DNA of 59,977 nt, filler included, from Basidiobolus meristosporus CBS 931.73 (taxonomy: Eukaryota; Fungi; Basidiobolomycota), in NCBI GenBank assembly GCA_002104905.1. It is 3 parts of 3 records of this genome, joined end to end, with 100 filler letters (N's around TTAATTAATTAA, not from the genome) between each part and the next. Parts side by side here need not be neighbours in the genome. Positions count along the whole stretch, not along the records: positions 1 to 27,792 come from MCFE01000897.1; 2 more parts are not named here. The stretch is one strand, 5' to 3'. Position 1 is the first letter of the stretch. Each line of letters begins with the position of its first letter. Shown one piece after another: positions 12,401 through 23,786 of the stretch. A program made the translations under genes and the position numbers. Below the pieces are notes generated by a model that had not been told where the DNA came from, ran no database searches, and saw only the letters and a program-made list of their open reading frames with translations.

Positions 12401-12525
12401 TTGTATTTTGTCCAAACTATAGCTGTCTGCTCCTGTATACCTAATGAGCAGCTCCAAATATTGGTGTGTATATTGTCAGGCTCCCCATCTTCTTCCATAA
12501 CAAGATGTGTCTTCTGGCAAGCAGT
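9455..12525 (-). pseudogene. Ty3-A pol: reverse transcriptase, RNase H, integrase (stops and frameshifts)
   Basis: RT NLYSGYDQI and VFVDDIG; RNase H ETDAKPL and HIPGKTNVVAN; integrase HQGEPGGH...CVAC, AYHPQASGMIERGH and KWTGPY. No chromodomain before the stop. Confidence 0.92.
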
Positions 12526-13265
12526 AGACTTGTTCCATCATACCATGCCAGGGTGCACAGCGCAATCTGTGGTTGTAGAGAACAATTGGGCGCAATTGTA
12601 TAGCTACCAGAAGGCAGGATTGTTCTCGGACGTTTTTGCACTATACAGGACAACCTTGCACACTATGGCACAATCTGACACAACAAGGTTGGCATGGATG
12701 ATTGTGCCAACTCATAATGTTTACATCACATGCGCAATTGGATACTGCTATTATGGCAGGTAAAATCCGGTATTTTGATATGTTTCTTTAATGTAAATGG
12801 AAATAAATGTGTATAACACTATAAACTACACTGATACTTACCATTTTGGTTACCCTCACTCCAATTGGACAGTATCTCAGTGGTTAATTGGTCCAAAAGT
12901 ATCCTGAAGCTGGCAGCCCCCAATTGGCTCATTGACTTCTAAAAAAGCTACCTGATTTGCCATGAAATATCCCATTTGCCCATTGAGCAAGTGAATCCCT
13001 GATCTTAGTGATTGGACAAGGTGTCATAGCTAGCACGCAAGCAATTGTGTAGGTGCAAAACAGATCCAATAGCTGCACTAGTATTACAGATGACATGTAT
13101 ATGCAGGGTGTTTATTTATAGGGGTTCTGTCTCAAATGTGAGACGACCTTGATATTACTTATATCAAAAATTTGATGATCACTGATTTGCAATGGCTTGA
13201 TTTGGATTGCAAAAAAAATGGGTTGTTGGGATCATTACAAATGTGAGCAATTCAAAGCAATTGCA

Positions 13266-14528
13266 TCATCTTCTCCTGGGTTTTTTTCTCACAGGGATTA
13301 CTACTGAAGCATTTGGTAGTGACTCACTTTGCACACCTATACTACTTCCTGGCTGACTATCATCTTGGCTACTTGTGTATTTGTAGTGAGTATTTTGCCT
13401 CCTAGTTGATGAGTGCAATGCTGCAGCTTGGCCGCGCTGAATTGCTCCAACTGAACCAACTGAACCGGCCTGTAGTGCCATGCACTGACAAGTTCTTTTA
13501 CTTGCCAAGGGCTCCGGTGGTTGAGGCACTTCATGTTGGTCAACATCAGTCAGTTCACCAGAAGTAACTTGCTGATGGTCAGGCAAAACGGCACACGCAG
13601 GTGCACCTTGACACGTTGGGATGGCCCTTGGCTGAGTTTGATGTGATGCTGCATGTTGACGCAACTCAGTCCGCTCCAATGGACTTGTGTCTAAATGAGC
13701 AGCTTGGCAAGTTCTTGTAGTTTTGCTCTGAAGCGCACACGTTGACCCAATGCACATTGACTCAATGCGCATTGACTCAATGTGGGGCATTCTGGTAAAG
13801 GGTTTTGGCATGGTCTGGACTGACATGCGCCGGCGCACTGTGATTGCAAGAGATGGTAGGGTATCCAGCAAGGCGTGCTGGCGCAATCTGGACAATGTTG
13901 CTTGCGGTCTGTATTCTTCCTCCTGAAGTTCACCATCTGATTCCTCAAGGTATTCACTTACCCTCTGTCTGATACTTTGGAGCTGTTGCCTGGATGAGTC
14001 CTGTGTATATTGCTCTTGGAAGCCACTTAGCTCTACTAATATATCACGTAGTACATTAGTCATTTGAGGCAAAAACTCATTCAAAATCTCTTTGGTTCCC
14101 AAAGTTGAGGCACAAACGGACGCGTCCGGCCCGTACTGTGCAAATTGCGCGCAAAATTGTTCCCGTGCAGCTTCTTTGTCAAATCCCCTCACTCTCAGCT
14201 CATTCTTGATTTCAATACTTGTCTTGTTATATATCTTCTTACATACATTGGCTGGCATTTTGATGTAGAACTCTTGCCACAGCTTTCTACTCAAATTCTT
14301 CCATCTTTATCAACTCTCTGAGGTATCTAGTTCTGCTAGATTAATCAGTAGTGCCCAAATATCTGTATGAAGGCTCATCATAGACCCTTGAGCCATACTA
14401 AAATTATTTGGCAAGAACTCAAACGGATCCAACATTGACTTTTCCGGTCCGGACCGCGCTTGTGAGCTGGGGGATGGGTTTTGTCTGGGTTGTACTAAAG
14501 ATGAGTTGAGGCTTGGTATGGGGACCAT
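13266..14528 (-). pseudogene. Pangu copy 1 accessory ORF2 (stop codons near 14310)
   Basis: Same frame as copy 2 at 53817-55079. Ends in the basic motif RKKPRRR. Confidence 0.7.
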
Positions 14529-14887
14529 AGCAACGGATTTGGATACTTATACAGCAGTATATTGGCATCAACCTGGTCTTATATGAAATATATATGAAAA
14601 CTAATGTGATTGTTGAATTTTCCATATATTATGCATGATGCATCTTGGACCGCGTTGACACGGATTAGATCACATCAATCGCAGATTTCCTATTTGATTA
14701 GAGACCTATGATTAAAGCATCAATAAAAGTACCAAGGCATTGTTTGCAGATGATTTTTGCAACATAATGATGGGATACATGGCAATTGATGGTGATTTAA
14801 CCATAATGTATTAAAAATCAGATAAATAATGCAGATTGCGCTGAATCAATTCAAACCGCCTCCATACAATCATCCACCAATTTTAAT

Positions 14888-15769
14888 ATGAATTACTCAT
14901 CTGAATGGTCTTTTCTCATCAATCCCATCACTACCACTGGATTTCCTTTTGACACACTGGAGGAGATCTATTCCAAGTAGTGTGGACCATTAACCCCAAT
15001 CTACTCAAGGAGATCCCTTGTTAAGCTTCTCTGCTATTACAAGAACTATTGCCCTACAAGGTTTCATCCCACCATCCATGGCAACAAAAGTCCTAGAAGC
15101 TTTCATTCTCAGCTGACAGCAATGGAGAACCACCTTGCAGAGGGTATGAATGACTTAGAGCAAGCTTGGAATACTAGGTTCAGAAGCTCCAATAGACTTC
15201 CATATCCCAGAGTGTTCAGCAACAGGTTCCATATCAGGAGTATTTTGGATACCTTCCCAGTGAGGATTAACAGACCTTCTAGAGGGCAGAGGCACTTTTA
15301 ATCTGGCAAGTACAAGGCACACTGTGTGAAGTTTCAAGCACTGTCTGACATTGAGGGTAACATCATGTGGTTTAGTGGGCCATTTGCTGGAAGTAGGCAT
15401 GACAAAGCACTCTGGGTAGAGAATCATCCTGAACAGTAGAGGGAGAAATGTATGGCAGACTTAGCCTATATAGGAGAGGATTGTCAGAGATTAGGATGTA
15501 TTACAGCTTATAGGAAGCCAAGGAATGGGGTGCTTAGCAGGAAGCAGAAGCTCTACAATGAGATATTTAATCATTTCAGAGTGAGGGTAGAGCACACATT
15601 TGGATATCTGAAGAGATTCAGCATATTGGCAGGTAAATACAGAGGAAAGTCATATATAGGAGAAAACAGCAGAATAGGTAAAATAGTTAAGATACTTATC
15701 TCTGCTCAGTATGTTCATACAAGAAGACATCCACTGAGAGAAATGTGTCTGGAGCATTATGAAGAGTAA
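14888..15769 (+). pseudogene. Pangu copy 1 DDE (Harbinger/DDE_Tnp_4-like) transposase, disrupted
   Basis: Homologous to the intact ORF at 52573-53457, but with in-frame stops (e.g. ~14978, ~15299) and a small deletion near 15435. Confidence 0.88.
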
Positions 15770-15952
15770 ATAAAGCAAGGAAAGCATTATTCTGAGCAAC
15801 ACAAGTTAGATTGAGTAAAATTACCAGTAACTGTATCATACCAATGGCATCATGGTAGAAATTATAGTGCCAGATAGTGCTGTAGAGTGGCAGATCAATC
15901 CGGCACCATAAACAGGCTGGCACTATGTGGCACTATCCAATGCAACAAGTCT

Positions 15953-17734
15953 AGTATGTGTCCTCTTATTGTTGGGTGTTACACCACAGAAGGTTGACTG
16001 TAGTCCTGGGTTGGATCCTTGTATGGTGTACCATATTGACCCATCAGAATAGTTGGTAGTTGTAGCCTTAGTACTGGTTTCCCATGGTCTACCTAGCAGA
16101 AGGTCAAAGTTTGCCTTCTGGCAGATGAAGAGGGGAAGCCAGACCTTGATTCCTTGTACCTCAATAGGGAACTTGTGTACTACACCATAGAGTGGACTAG
16201 ATCCTGAGTTTGCATCAGTCATGTTCCATCCAATATCTCTATCAACAGGCAGTAGCTCCTTACTTCTAAGTGTCTTCCAGAAGTCTAGCGGCATAACACA
16301 AATCTCTGAGCCACTGTCAATATGGCAGTCAACAGTGTCATCATATATATAACCTTTCACCACAGCAGTTGCAACTGAATAAAAGGTCTTATATTCAGTA
16401 GTGTTGTCATCCTTTTAGTGGTATTCATGGTTTGTCTGAATTATATGAGTGTCCATATGTTCAACAGCTTGTCATCTTGTTCTAAGCTGCTCATTGAAGG
16501 TCTTCCTAACAGATGGGGATACACTCATGATTTCTCCAACCAACAAAGTGAGGTTCTGCTTCAGCAGCCTCTCAGTAATCAGTTGAGGGCTTGAGTAGCT
16601 TGCTATCTTTGAGGTGATCCAAAAGTGAGGCAATGGATCTTGGGTGGGCAGCATACTAGGCCTCTTGTCAATAACAACTTCAGGTTCTTCAAATCATGAT
16701 CTTCTAAGGATGGGTTTGGCAGGTTCTTCAGGGAGGTGTCTTTTGGTAGCAAAGGCATCAACTTTGTATTGTCTGTTGTCAGGGCTGCTTGGATTCACTT
16801 TATGAGTCCCAATAGGGGCATCAACAGTAATCTTTCTGGTTGCTGAGTCAGATTTCTGGAAAAGGGCTCTCATCCCTCCTCTTTGGAAATTAGTGGGAAT
16901 CCTTCTTCCTTCCTTGTCAGCAAGCATTCCATCAGTATCATATAGTACTGCTCCTTCTCTGAGTAGCTGACTAAGCTCTGAGCATTCTTGTCTGGCATGC
17001 TGAGTAGAGTCACACCAGATGCAGTGCCTGGGCAAAGGTCTTTGGCCCTCAGTAGCAACCTCAGCTGAGCCATTGATCTTGAGGGCTAGCTTTTGTAGCT
17101 GTTCCGCAAGTTGGGCAATTCTTCTGGTAGTGTAGGTCTGATTTTCAGCAGCAGCACTCCTTGGCTCCTTTGTTGACTGGTCTGGCAGATTAGATGTCAG
17201 GAGTCTCATAAAGGTAGAAGTTTGCTTTGCTTCTAGGAGAACATGTTTCATCTCTGCAAAGCAAGGAATGCCAGACTTGACATCCTTGGCTGCATGTAAG
17301 TCAACTTTCCTTGCCAAGTCCTGGGGAAGCCCTTGTGCAAGGTAAAGTGTCATGGTAAACTCAGTTATAGCCTGGGACTCTAGGAGTGGCTTGGCCATAT
17401 CTTCATATTATTGAACAAACTCTGCAAGTGGTAGCTTGGAAAGTCCAGTTCTTCCAAAGTGTCTGAGGTCTACAATTCTATAGTATATCTGGGGTCTTTC
17501 ATACTTGGTCTGTAGGTAGGTCTTCATTAAGGCCCAGTCAGTGAGAATGTCTCCTTGCCCAAGAAGCTTAGTGGTAATATCATTGGTGCAGTAGTAGGGG
17601 AAGTCTTCAGCCATTTCTTGTTCAGATAGGCTGCACATCTTGCAGAGCTTCTCCCATTTGAATATGAAGCTTTCCACATTCTTTTCATCAAACTGTGGGG
17701 CTCCATGTGAGAGTGGTAATGGCATAGAATTCAT
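15953..17734 (-). pseudogene. Ty3-A gag and aspartic protease
   Basis: Gag start MNSMPLPLSHGAPQFDEK; zinc knuckle CIWCDSTQHARQEC; protease CHIDSGSEICVM. In-frame stop at 17408. Confidence 0.88.
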
Positions 17735-17854
17735 TTTGGGCAGGTAAGTTGGTGTTGTAATCTTGATAATTTTGGTAGTCTTGTTTCAATAAGTGGATAA
17801 TAGCTCAAATCTTCAGGTAAATCTTGTTGGGTTCTAGGGAGCTTGTATGAACCT

Positions 17855-17870
17855 CCCATGTTGGGTGCCA
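17855..17870 (-). other. Primer binding site of Ty3-A (tRNA-Lys-like, CpG-deaminated)
   Basis: TGGCACCCAACATGGG, 4 nt from the LTR. It equals the tRNA-Lys PBS TGGCGCCCAACGTGGG with two CpG changes. Confidence 0.7.
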
Positions 17871-18422
17871 AATATGTGGTGGTGTATAAGCCCAAGGGAG
17901 AGATACGTCCAACACTTTTCAAGTGTTTTGTGTGTGGGGTGTTCACTGGGTGCAATAACCTCTGGCAAAAGCTTGCTAGGAATAATTGGGTTCTGTCTCT
18001 AATCTAATGTGAAGGGGAATAAAGCCACAATCTTGTCAAGGGAAAACTATTGAGCTACAATCCCCAACTAAGTTGGCATCTTAACAAAAGTATGTGCTGG
18101 GTTCAGCGTCCCTAGAGATGACAATGTACTAAAGCTTCCAAAGTCAAAACAACTGTAAACTCCACCAGCAGGGACTTGATAAGAATGCAGCTGTGGTCAA
18201 TAGTTACAAACACAGAAAAGTGTCTTTGCCTGTACAAGAACAAACTTGGGAAAGAATCAAATATAATAAAAGATACCTACTCTGAGTATTCCACACAAGT
18301 AGTGCCTCAAAGGTCAGTTTGCTGTCAGCACGGTTTCCTGGGAGTGTCCTGTGGCCTGGGGTTGGAAGTTCAGGTAGCAGCAGGTAGCAGTGATCACACT
18401 AATCAACAAGTTGGTATATTAA

Positions 18423-20917
18423 CAAGTAGAGATTAGCCCAATTGGACCAAATGGTCCGATTGTATTTAAATTATTTTGACCTCATAGCAAGGATATATGA
18501 AGTCTAAATGAAGTTTACAAAATCTCTCTGGTATGCACTTTGTGCTGGTATTTTGATTTTTTCAAAATGGTTGCAAATACTTTGTCTTATATTGCCTTTA
18601 CTGAAGCAACTTTTGGCAAATTTTAATCGGACCAAATGGTCTAACACTTCATTGATGAATAATGGGTATGGCTTTAAGCAATTATATTTCCAACATTTAA
18701 TAGCCAATCCTACTAACTGCAAAGAATTATTGAGCATTATTTGTTTTTTCATATACCACCTTCAAGTGCCTGGTATAGCAGTCTTTACACATTGGGTGGC
18801 CAGGGTTGCAACTGCATGAAAACTCAACCTTAGTGCCTGTAACATGAGCGGCAGTACAAGTTTTGCAAGCTAATCTATGGCGCTTTGAGCCATAACCTTT
18901 ACTCATTGACAGGTAAGTGTGATTTTCATCACTTCTGAGTTGCCTCTGACTACCCAAGGGCCCCTTGATGTCTGAACCGGCCAAATTCTTACAATATTGC
19001 AAGAAATTGTATGCTAAAATATCCTTGAAAGAGAAATGAGATACGCCACGCTTTTGGTAAGAAAATGTACAATAAGAGCTATAGGCATTGGCTTCGCAGA
19101 TACCCAGGATGAAGCTGTAGAAACGCATCTCCCATCTTTCTGTAGATATAACATCATGATAAGATGCCAAATTATCTTGAAGGTTATTGGCAGCATCAAC
19201 CAAACCTACAAATATAGTAAATGGAGCACATGTTGTTTCTTCAAGACAGGATTCTACTTACTTTTATGGGTCTCATATTCTTCAACCACTTCCGGTCGCT
19301 GAATGGTTATCACCTCACCATTGTCCCCTACAAAAGTTCTCCGTCCAGTAAGCCTTGTTGTGCTGCAAGAAGAAATAAATGCTTTAATCTTGTAATCACG
19401 GTAGGCGCAGACAAAGATTCTCCCGCTCCTTGTTGTCTTGTTCATAGTAAAGTGAGCACCATACAAGTTGCCAACACTGGCAACAATATTGGTGGTGGGC
19501 ATACCACATGGCCAGTAGCAGCGCTTAGTCACTTGCATAATGGAATACAGACCAAGTTCAGCAAGCATCATTGTCATATTTGGGGATCCGAACCAAGAGT
19601 CAGCAATAACAGTACGGCCAGTACCAAACCAAGGCTTGACTAATTGCTTGACAGTGGAAGTCAACTTGGACATACCAGGATCATTGTCATATTCCTTCTG
19701 TAACCAATCACTCACTGTATCTATTCTCAGGATACAAGCAGTGTGATGGTCTGCTAAAGTCTTGAACTCCTGTCCGATGGGATGCGGCTTCCTTGGAACT
19801 TTCTTAACATTGGGCAAACCAGCTCCTAACCATTGATTCATTGATTTGTTAATGACTAAATACTTGCAGGGCTCTAAACAAGTTTTCATGTGTTCATTAA
19901 AGGCGTCAATAGTTGATCTAATTTGATAAAGAGCATCGATTTCTTGATGTTCTTGGGAAGGGATTTCAAGAACGTGCATTTTCAGAATCTCTTTAAATCT
20001 TCTATACAACATATATTCCGTAAAGTCAATGTTCATTAAGAAATGAGAAGAGCCTTGCTTCCAGTAAGCTTTTTTGTTGGAATGATTGATTAATGCAATC
20101 CACATCATGTACTTGGCAAATGTAATGTCAGTCCAGGGGCCAATGCTAGTTGCATAAGCATTAATCCTCCGAACAATAGTGCAAAAGGGATCTAAAGAAA
20201 GGAAGAACAAGAAATAATCCAGTGGTGAGGCATTTCTAGCATTTTTCATATTTAACCGAGCTTTCAAGGAGGTAAAACCATCAGCTGGCCCACTTGTACG
20301 GGAATCAATATATACTTCCCCAGTTATCCAGGTGTCTGCTGCAGTAAGGTCAATTTCATCTTCCTCCTGCTCCTCATCTTGGATTGCATCCTCCAATAGG
20401 TCTTCAGTAACAATACTCCCGGTAGTATTAGCAGTTGCAGGTTCAATGTTTCCCAAGGTATCATTACTGTTAGTCTTGATATACTTTAAACAGTTTTGTG
20501 AAAGAGTCAATGTAATCCCCAGTACCAGATCCAAAATGACATCATATTTCACATTGCCGTTGACTGTTGAGCGTGCAGTGGTAACTCCCTTGAAGCTCAA
20601 ACCAGGTGTATTCCAGTCAAAATGCAGAGATAAAAGTTGTTTGACTTCCTTATGTTTGATAAATCGCTTGGATACTGATACACGCACATTAACATCAAGA
20701 TGTTTACTGGCAGGAGGCATGGTTTAAGTCTTAAGAAAAGATAAAACAAATATGACGAATTATAAAAACAACTCCAAAAAATAAATATTCAGATTCTGGT
20801 TTATCAGAATATGATATGAAATAAACAAAGTAAGACACCCATCCAGAAAAAACAATTGTATTAAATTAGACCATTTGGTCCAAATTGGACCAAATGGTCC
20901 GGCCAAATCTCTACTTG
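18423..20917 (-). mobile_element. piggyBac DNA transposon, 2495 bp
   Basis: TTAA TSD at 18419-18422 and 20918-20921. 12-bp TIR CAAGTAGAGATT. Quasi-palindromic subterminal repeats GGACCA(A/T)(A/T)TGGTCC at 18444, 18629, 20868 and 20887. Confidence 0.93.
18727..20720 (-). CDS. piggyBac transposase, 2 exons (20720-19262 and 19205-18727), 645 aa, first catalytic Asp mutated
   Basis: A 56-bp intron GTAAGT...TTTGTAG fuses the ORFs in frame (1938 nt). Motifs KPHPIGQEFKTLAD, VIADSWFGS and HKSLVDAANN, plus a C-terminal Cys-rich domain. The usual IDESM reads INKSM. Confidence 0.85.
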
Positions 20918-21444
20918 TTAATAAAAGGGTTGATGATTTATTGTTGAGGGATAGCCTCCCTTATATACTTTTCTCACTAGCTAAGTGATTATTAATCATG
21001 GTGTTCCAGAAGGTTCTGGATATCAATAGAAATCTTAATGACATCAGAATGACCCAACAATGTTCCAAGTAGGTGCCAGAAGGCTCTAAGTGGCAGAGCA
21101 CATCCAACCAATCAGGAATCAGTTTTCTGAAACCTGTGTAACATAGGAATACCATATATGGTATGGAAATGGTAGGGATGGTGACACGGGTTGATCATGT
21201 GTCACAGGTACTGGCATGGGTACTTACCTAATATAAAAGCACTTATAGCTAGTAATCTTACATAAAGTGAGGGGTAACTGATGCAGTAAGGTAAGCAGGT
21301 GTGATAGTCAACAAGCTTATGGGATAGTATTGATTGGGTAAGATAAAGGGGATAAAACTAAAATAAGTGAAGTAGAGATATAGGGAAGTAGAAAATAAGG
21401 GAATAAGCACATCTGTCAGTGGGTGTCACTGTTACCCCACTACA

Positions 21445-22844
21445 GCAGCAATTAGGTAGAGTGGCAATAGTATAGATGCAATGGCCTGGAAAAATCAGGG
21501 AATAATCTAGAGACAGGATGAGTAGATAATGCATGCAGAGTAATCAACATCCCATGCAGAGAATGCATTATCTTTTCTGCAAGGAAGGAGCTGAAGAAGC
21601 TTGGTTTCACAAACCAGGATTGAGCCATTTCCTGATGTAAAAGTGGAAGAACATCATAGAGTCTCTGAAGTATGAAAGTAATGCCCAGAGACAAGGCCCA
21701 CAGAATCCTATGAAAAATCATTGAGATAATTCTGACAAAAGGCCATCACAAAATTAAAGTCCTGTGACTAAGATGTATTGCTCTTGCTGAAGATTTAGTC
21801 TGTTCTAGATAGATGGCATTAGTAAGGGAGTACTGCAACCTTTTTCTTACACTTCTCTGTCTCTGTGTAGATACCTATGAAAAATTATTGAGGTGATTAC
21901 ATCAGAAGGCTTTCACAAAGTTAAAGTCCTGTTACTAAGAGGTACTGATCCTGTCAGGACACCATCCAGAGACTGTTGTAAAATAATTGCACCCCAGATC
22001 TCACCAAAAAACTTGGTCAAATTTTTTCATCACAACAATGTATAAGTGGCTATTGATTTGTTCCCTGCCAATTTGCTCACTTTCTGATCCCAAACACCCT
22101 ATTGCCTCCAACATTTGTGTGCATTGATTGGCTATTGCCTCTTTCTCACACTCTTTATATCCTGACCCAACTGTTTCACTTGCTTTTCATGTGTACAAAT
22201 TGATTAATTTCCATTGAAACTTTAGTTGTACCTCAATTACCAATTGTATTGACCTATACATTGCCTATACTCTACACCAACATTAAGCCCAACCCCACAC
22301 TCAACAAGTAACTCCATTAAAATCCACCACTGAATAAGTAATTCTGCTGTAGCACTATGGTTCCACAACTTTGGCAGGAACCCAACAGCTTTATGCCACT
22401 CTTCATTCACTGGTTCCCACACATCCTGGTCTTCAGCTGGCACAGCAAGGTCTAGCACCTCATCTGCCAGTTGTTGCTATAAATCCTTGCAATAATCCAG
22501 TGCGTCTTCTTGAGCACTACTCTTGAAGAAGTGCTGCAACCTCTTGGTGTGCCTATTAATGTTCTAAAATTCCACTGAAGGCATTGTGATAGTGTATCAA
22601 GTTCTTAACACTATATTCCTGTCTGTTGGTGGGATTACCACTCTGCCAACAATGAAGGATATGGAGGCTGTGGTAGACAACTTGCCTCTTTTGGCACACT
22701 CATCTACCTTGTCAGTGTGTAGCTCAACTGGCTTTCTTCCAACTCTTGTGAGAACAGCTGTTTTTTTGCTGGTAATCTTCTTAAATACCATGATATTCAA
22801 TCTGTTCTGGGCTTGTGGCATATGTTGGCAAGAACTGCTGTATT
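21445..22844. mobile_element. Decayed CMC/EnSpm-like element pieces (CCCTA-type ends at ~21706 and ~21874; accessory ORF remnant on minus strand 22237-22840)
   Basis: Repeated block cctatgaaaaat...ggccatcacaaa also found at 37293 and 49118. The minus-strand remnant is shared with 37690-38110. Confidence 0.6.
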
Positions 22845-23786
22845 TGTTGAATATTGACTATTTGGTATCATTCAGCAGCTAAAAATTTTACTTAACAATT
22901 GTAGACTAGTCTTGGTCACTGTAGGACTTACTTGCAGCCCCAACTTTGCCAGTTTCTTTACATTGATGATCCTATGATTATTCCCCTATAGTGCAGATCA
23001 AATTATCACTTTTACTAAACATTATGTGCTAACCATGAAACTGCTGCAAAATGCTCTTGAATGTTAAGTAGTCATTCTTACTTAGTGTTATAGCTGTGCT
23101 ACTTCTACAAGGGTATCAATACTCATAATCTTTATGAATAAATAACAGTTCAACTATTATTACTATATCTCAATAAGTTCCTTATATTGGAATCACTTCT
23201 TAAATTGCAACAGGTTATGAGCCCCAATTGCCATGACCTATTCTAAAGATGACTTCTACCAGTAAACAAAACAATATCAACATCTTTCCTGTAAAGGAGA
23301 TGTTTGATGGGAGGAACTACAGACTCTGAAGAATCAAGATGCAGATCTATGTCAAGGAAAGAAAGCTTTGGAATATATAGCAGGAAAAGAAGTTGAGCCC
23401 AAAAAAACAGCAGAAAAAGTGGAGAAGCTTCAAGAGAAAAAGATAAAGGCCTTTAATGCTACATGTACCAGCATATAAGATTCCTTCATTGGACAAATCC
23501 ATACTTCAAATACTGCCAAAGCAGCATGGGAATCTTTAGAGGTGATATTTAGAGCAAAGTCAGTGTTAAGCAAGCTTTATTCAAAACAAAAGTTCTCAAC
23601 ATGAGGAAGAATCCAGATGATGGCATGCTTCAACTCATTGCCAGAATGGACATACTTGCAGAGAAACCTTAGAGTATTAATGCTGGTGTAGATGATGAAG
23701 AAAAGATACTCTATCTGCTTTGCAGCCTACCAGACAAATATCAGCCACTCTTACTTTCTTTTGAATGCAGGGAAGACAATTCAACT
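22845..23786 (+). mobile_element. Ty1/copia family C2, 5' LTR (22845-23212), PBS and decayed gag, interrupted by Ty3-B
   Basis: TGTTG...CAACA LTR followed by the copia-type PBS GGTTATGAGCCC. Gag begins at 23233 (FDGRNYRL*RIKMQIY). Homologous to 44007-49110. Confidence 0.75.

Larger units (their letters stand above)
12526..15952 (+). mobile_element. PHIS-superfamily (Pangu-type) DNA transposon, copy 1, 3427 bp
   Basis: TIR AGACTTGTT(CC)...AACAAGTCT with 3-bp TSD AGT (12523-12525 and 15953-15955). Removing the element and one TSD restores the Ty3-A pol frame (KRTHT-ACQKTHLVMEE). Confidence 0.9.
8345..21444 (-). mobile_element. Ty3/gypsy LTR retrotransposon A, full length, inactivated, carrying two nested DNA transposons
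   Basis: Paired TG...CA LTRs, both 1071 bp once the piggyBac is removed. 4-bp TSD GCAG at 8341-8344 and 21445-21448. PBS and PPT present, with gag-PR-RT-RH-IN order. Confidence 0.95.
17875..21444 (-). repeat. 5' LTR of Ty3-A, split by the piggyBac (17875-18422 plus 20922-21444)
   Basis: The two halves together give 1071 bp, collinear with 8345-9415. Confidence 0.93.
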
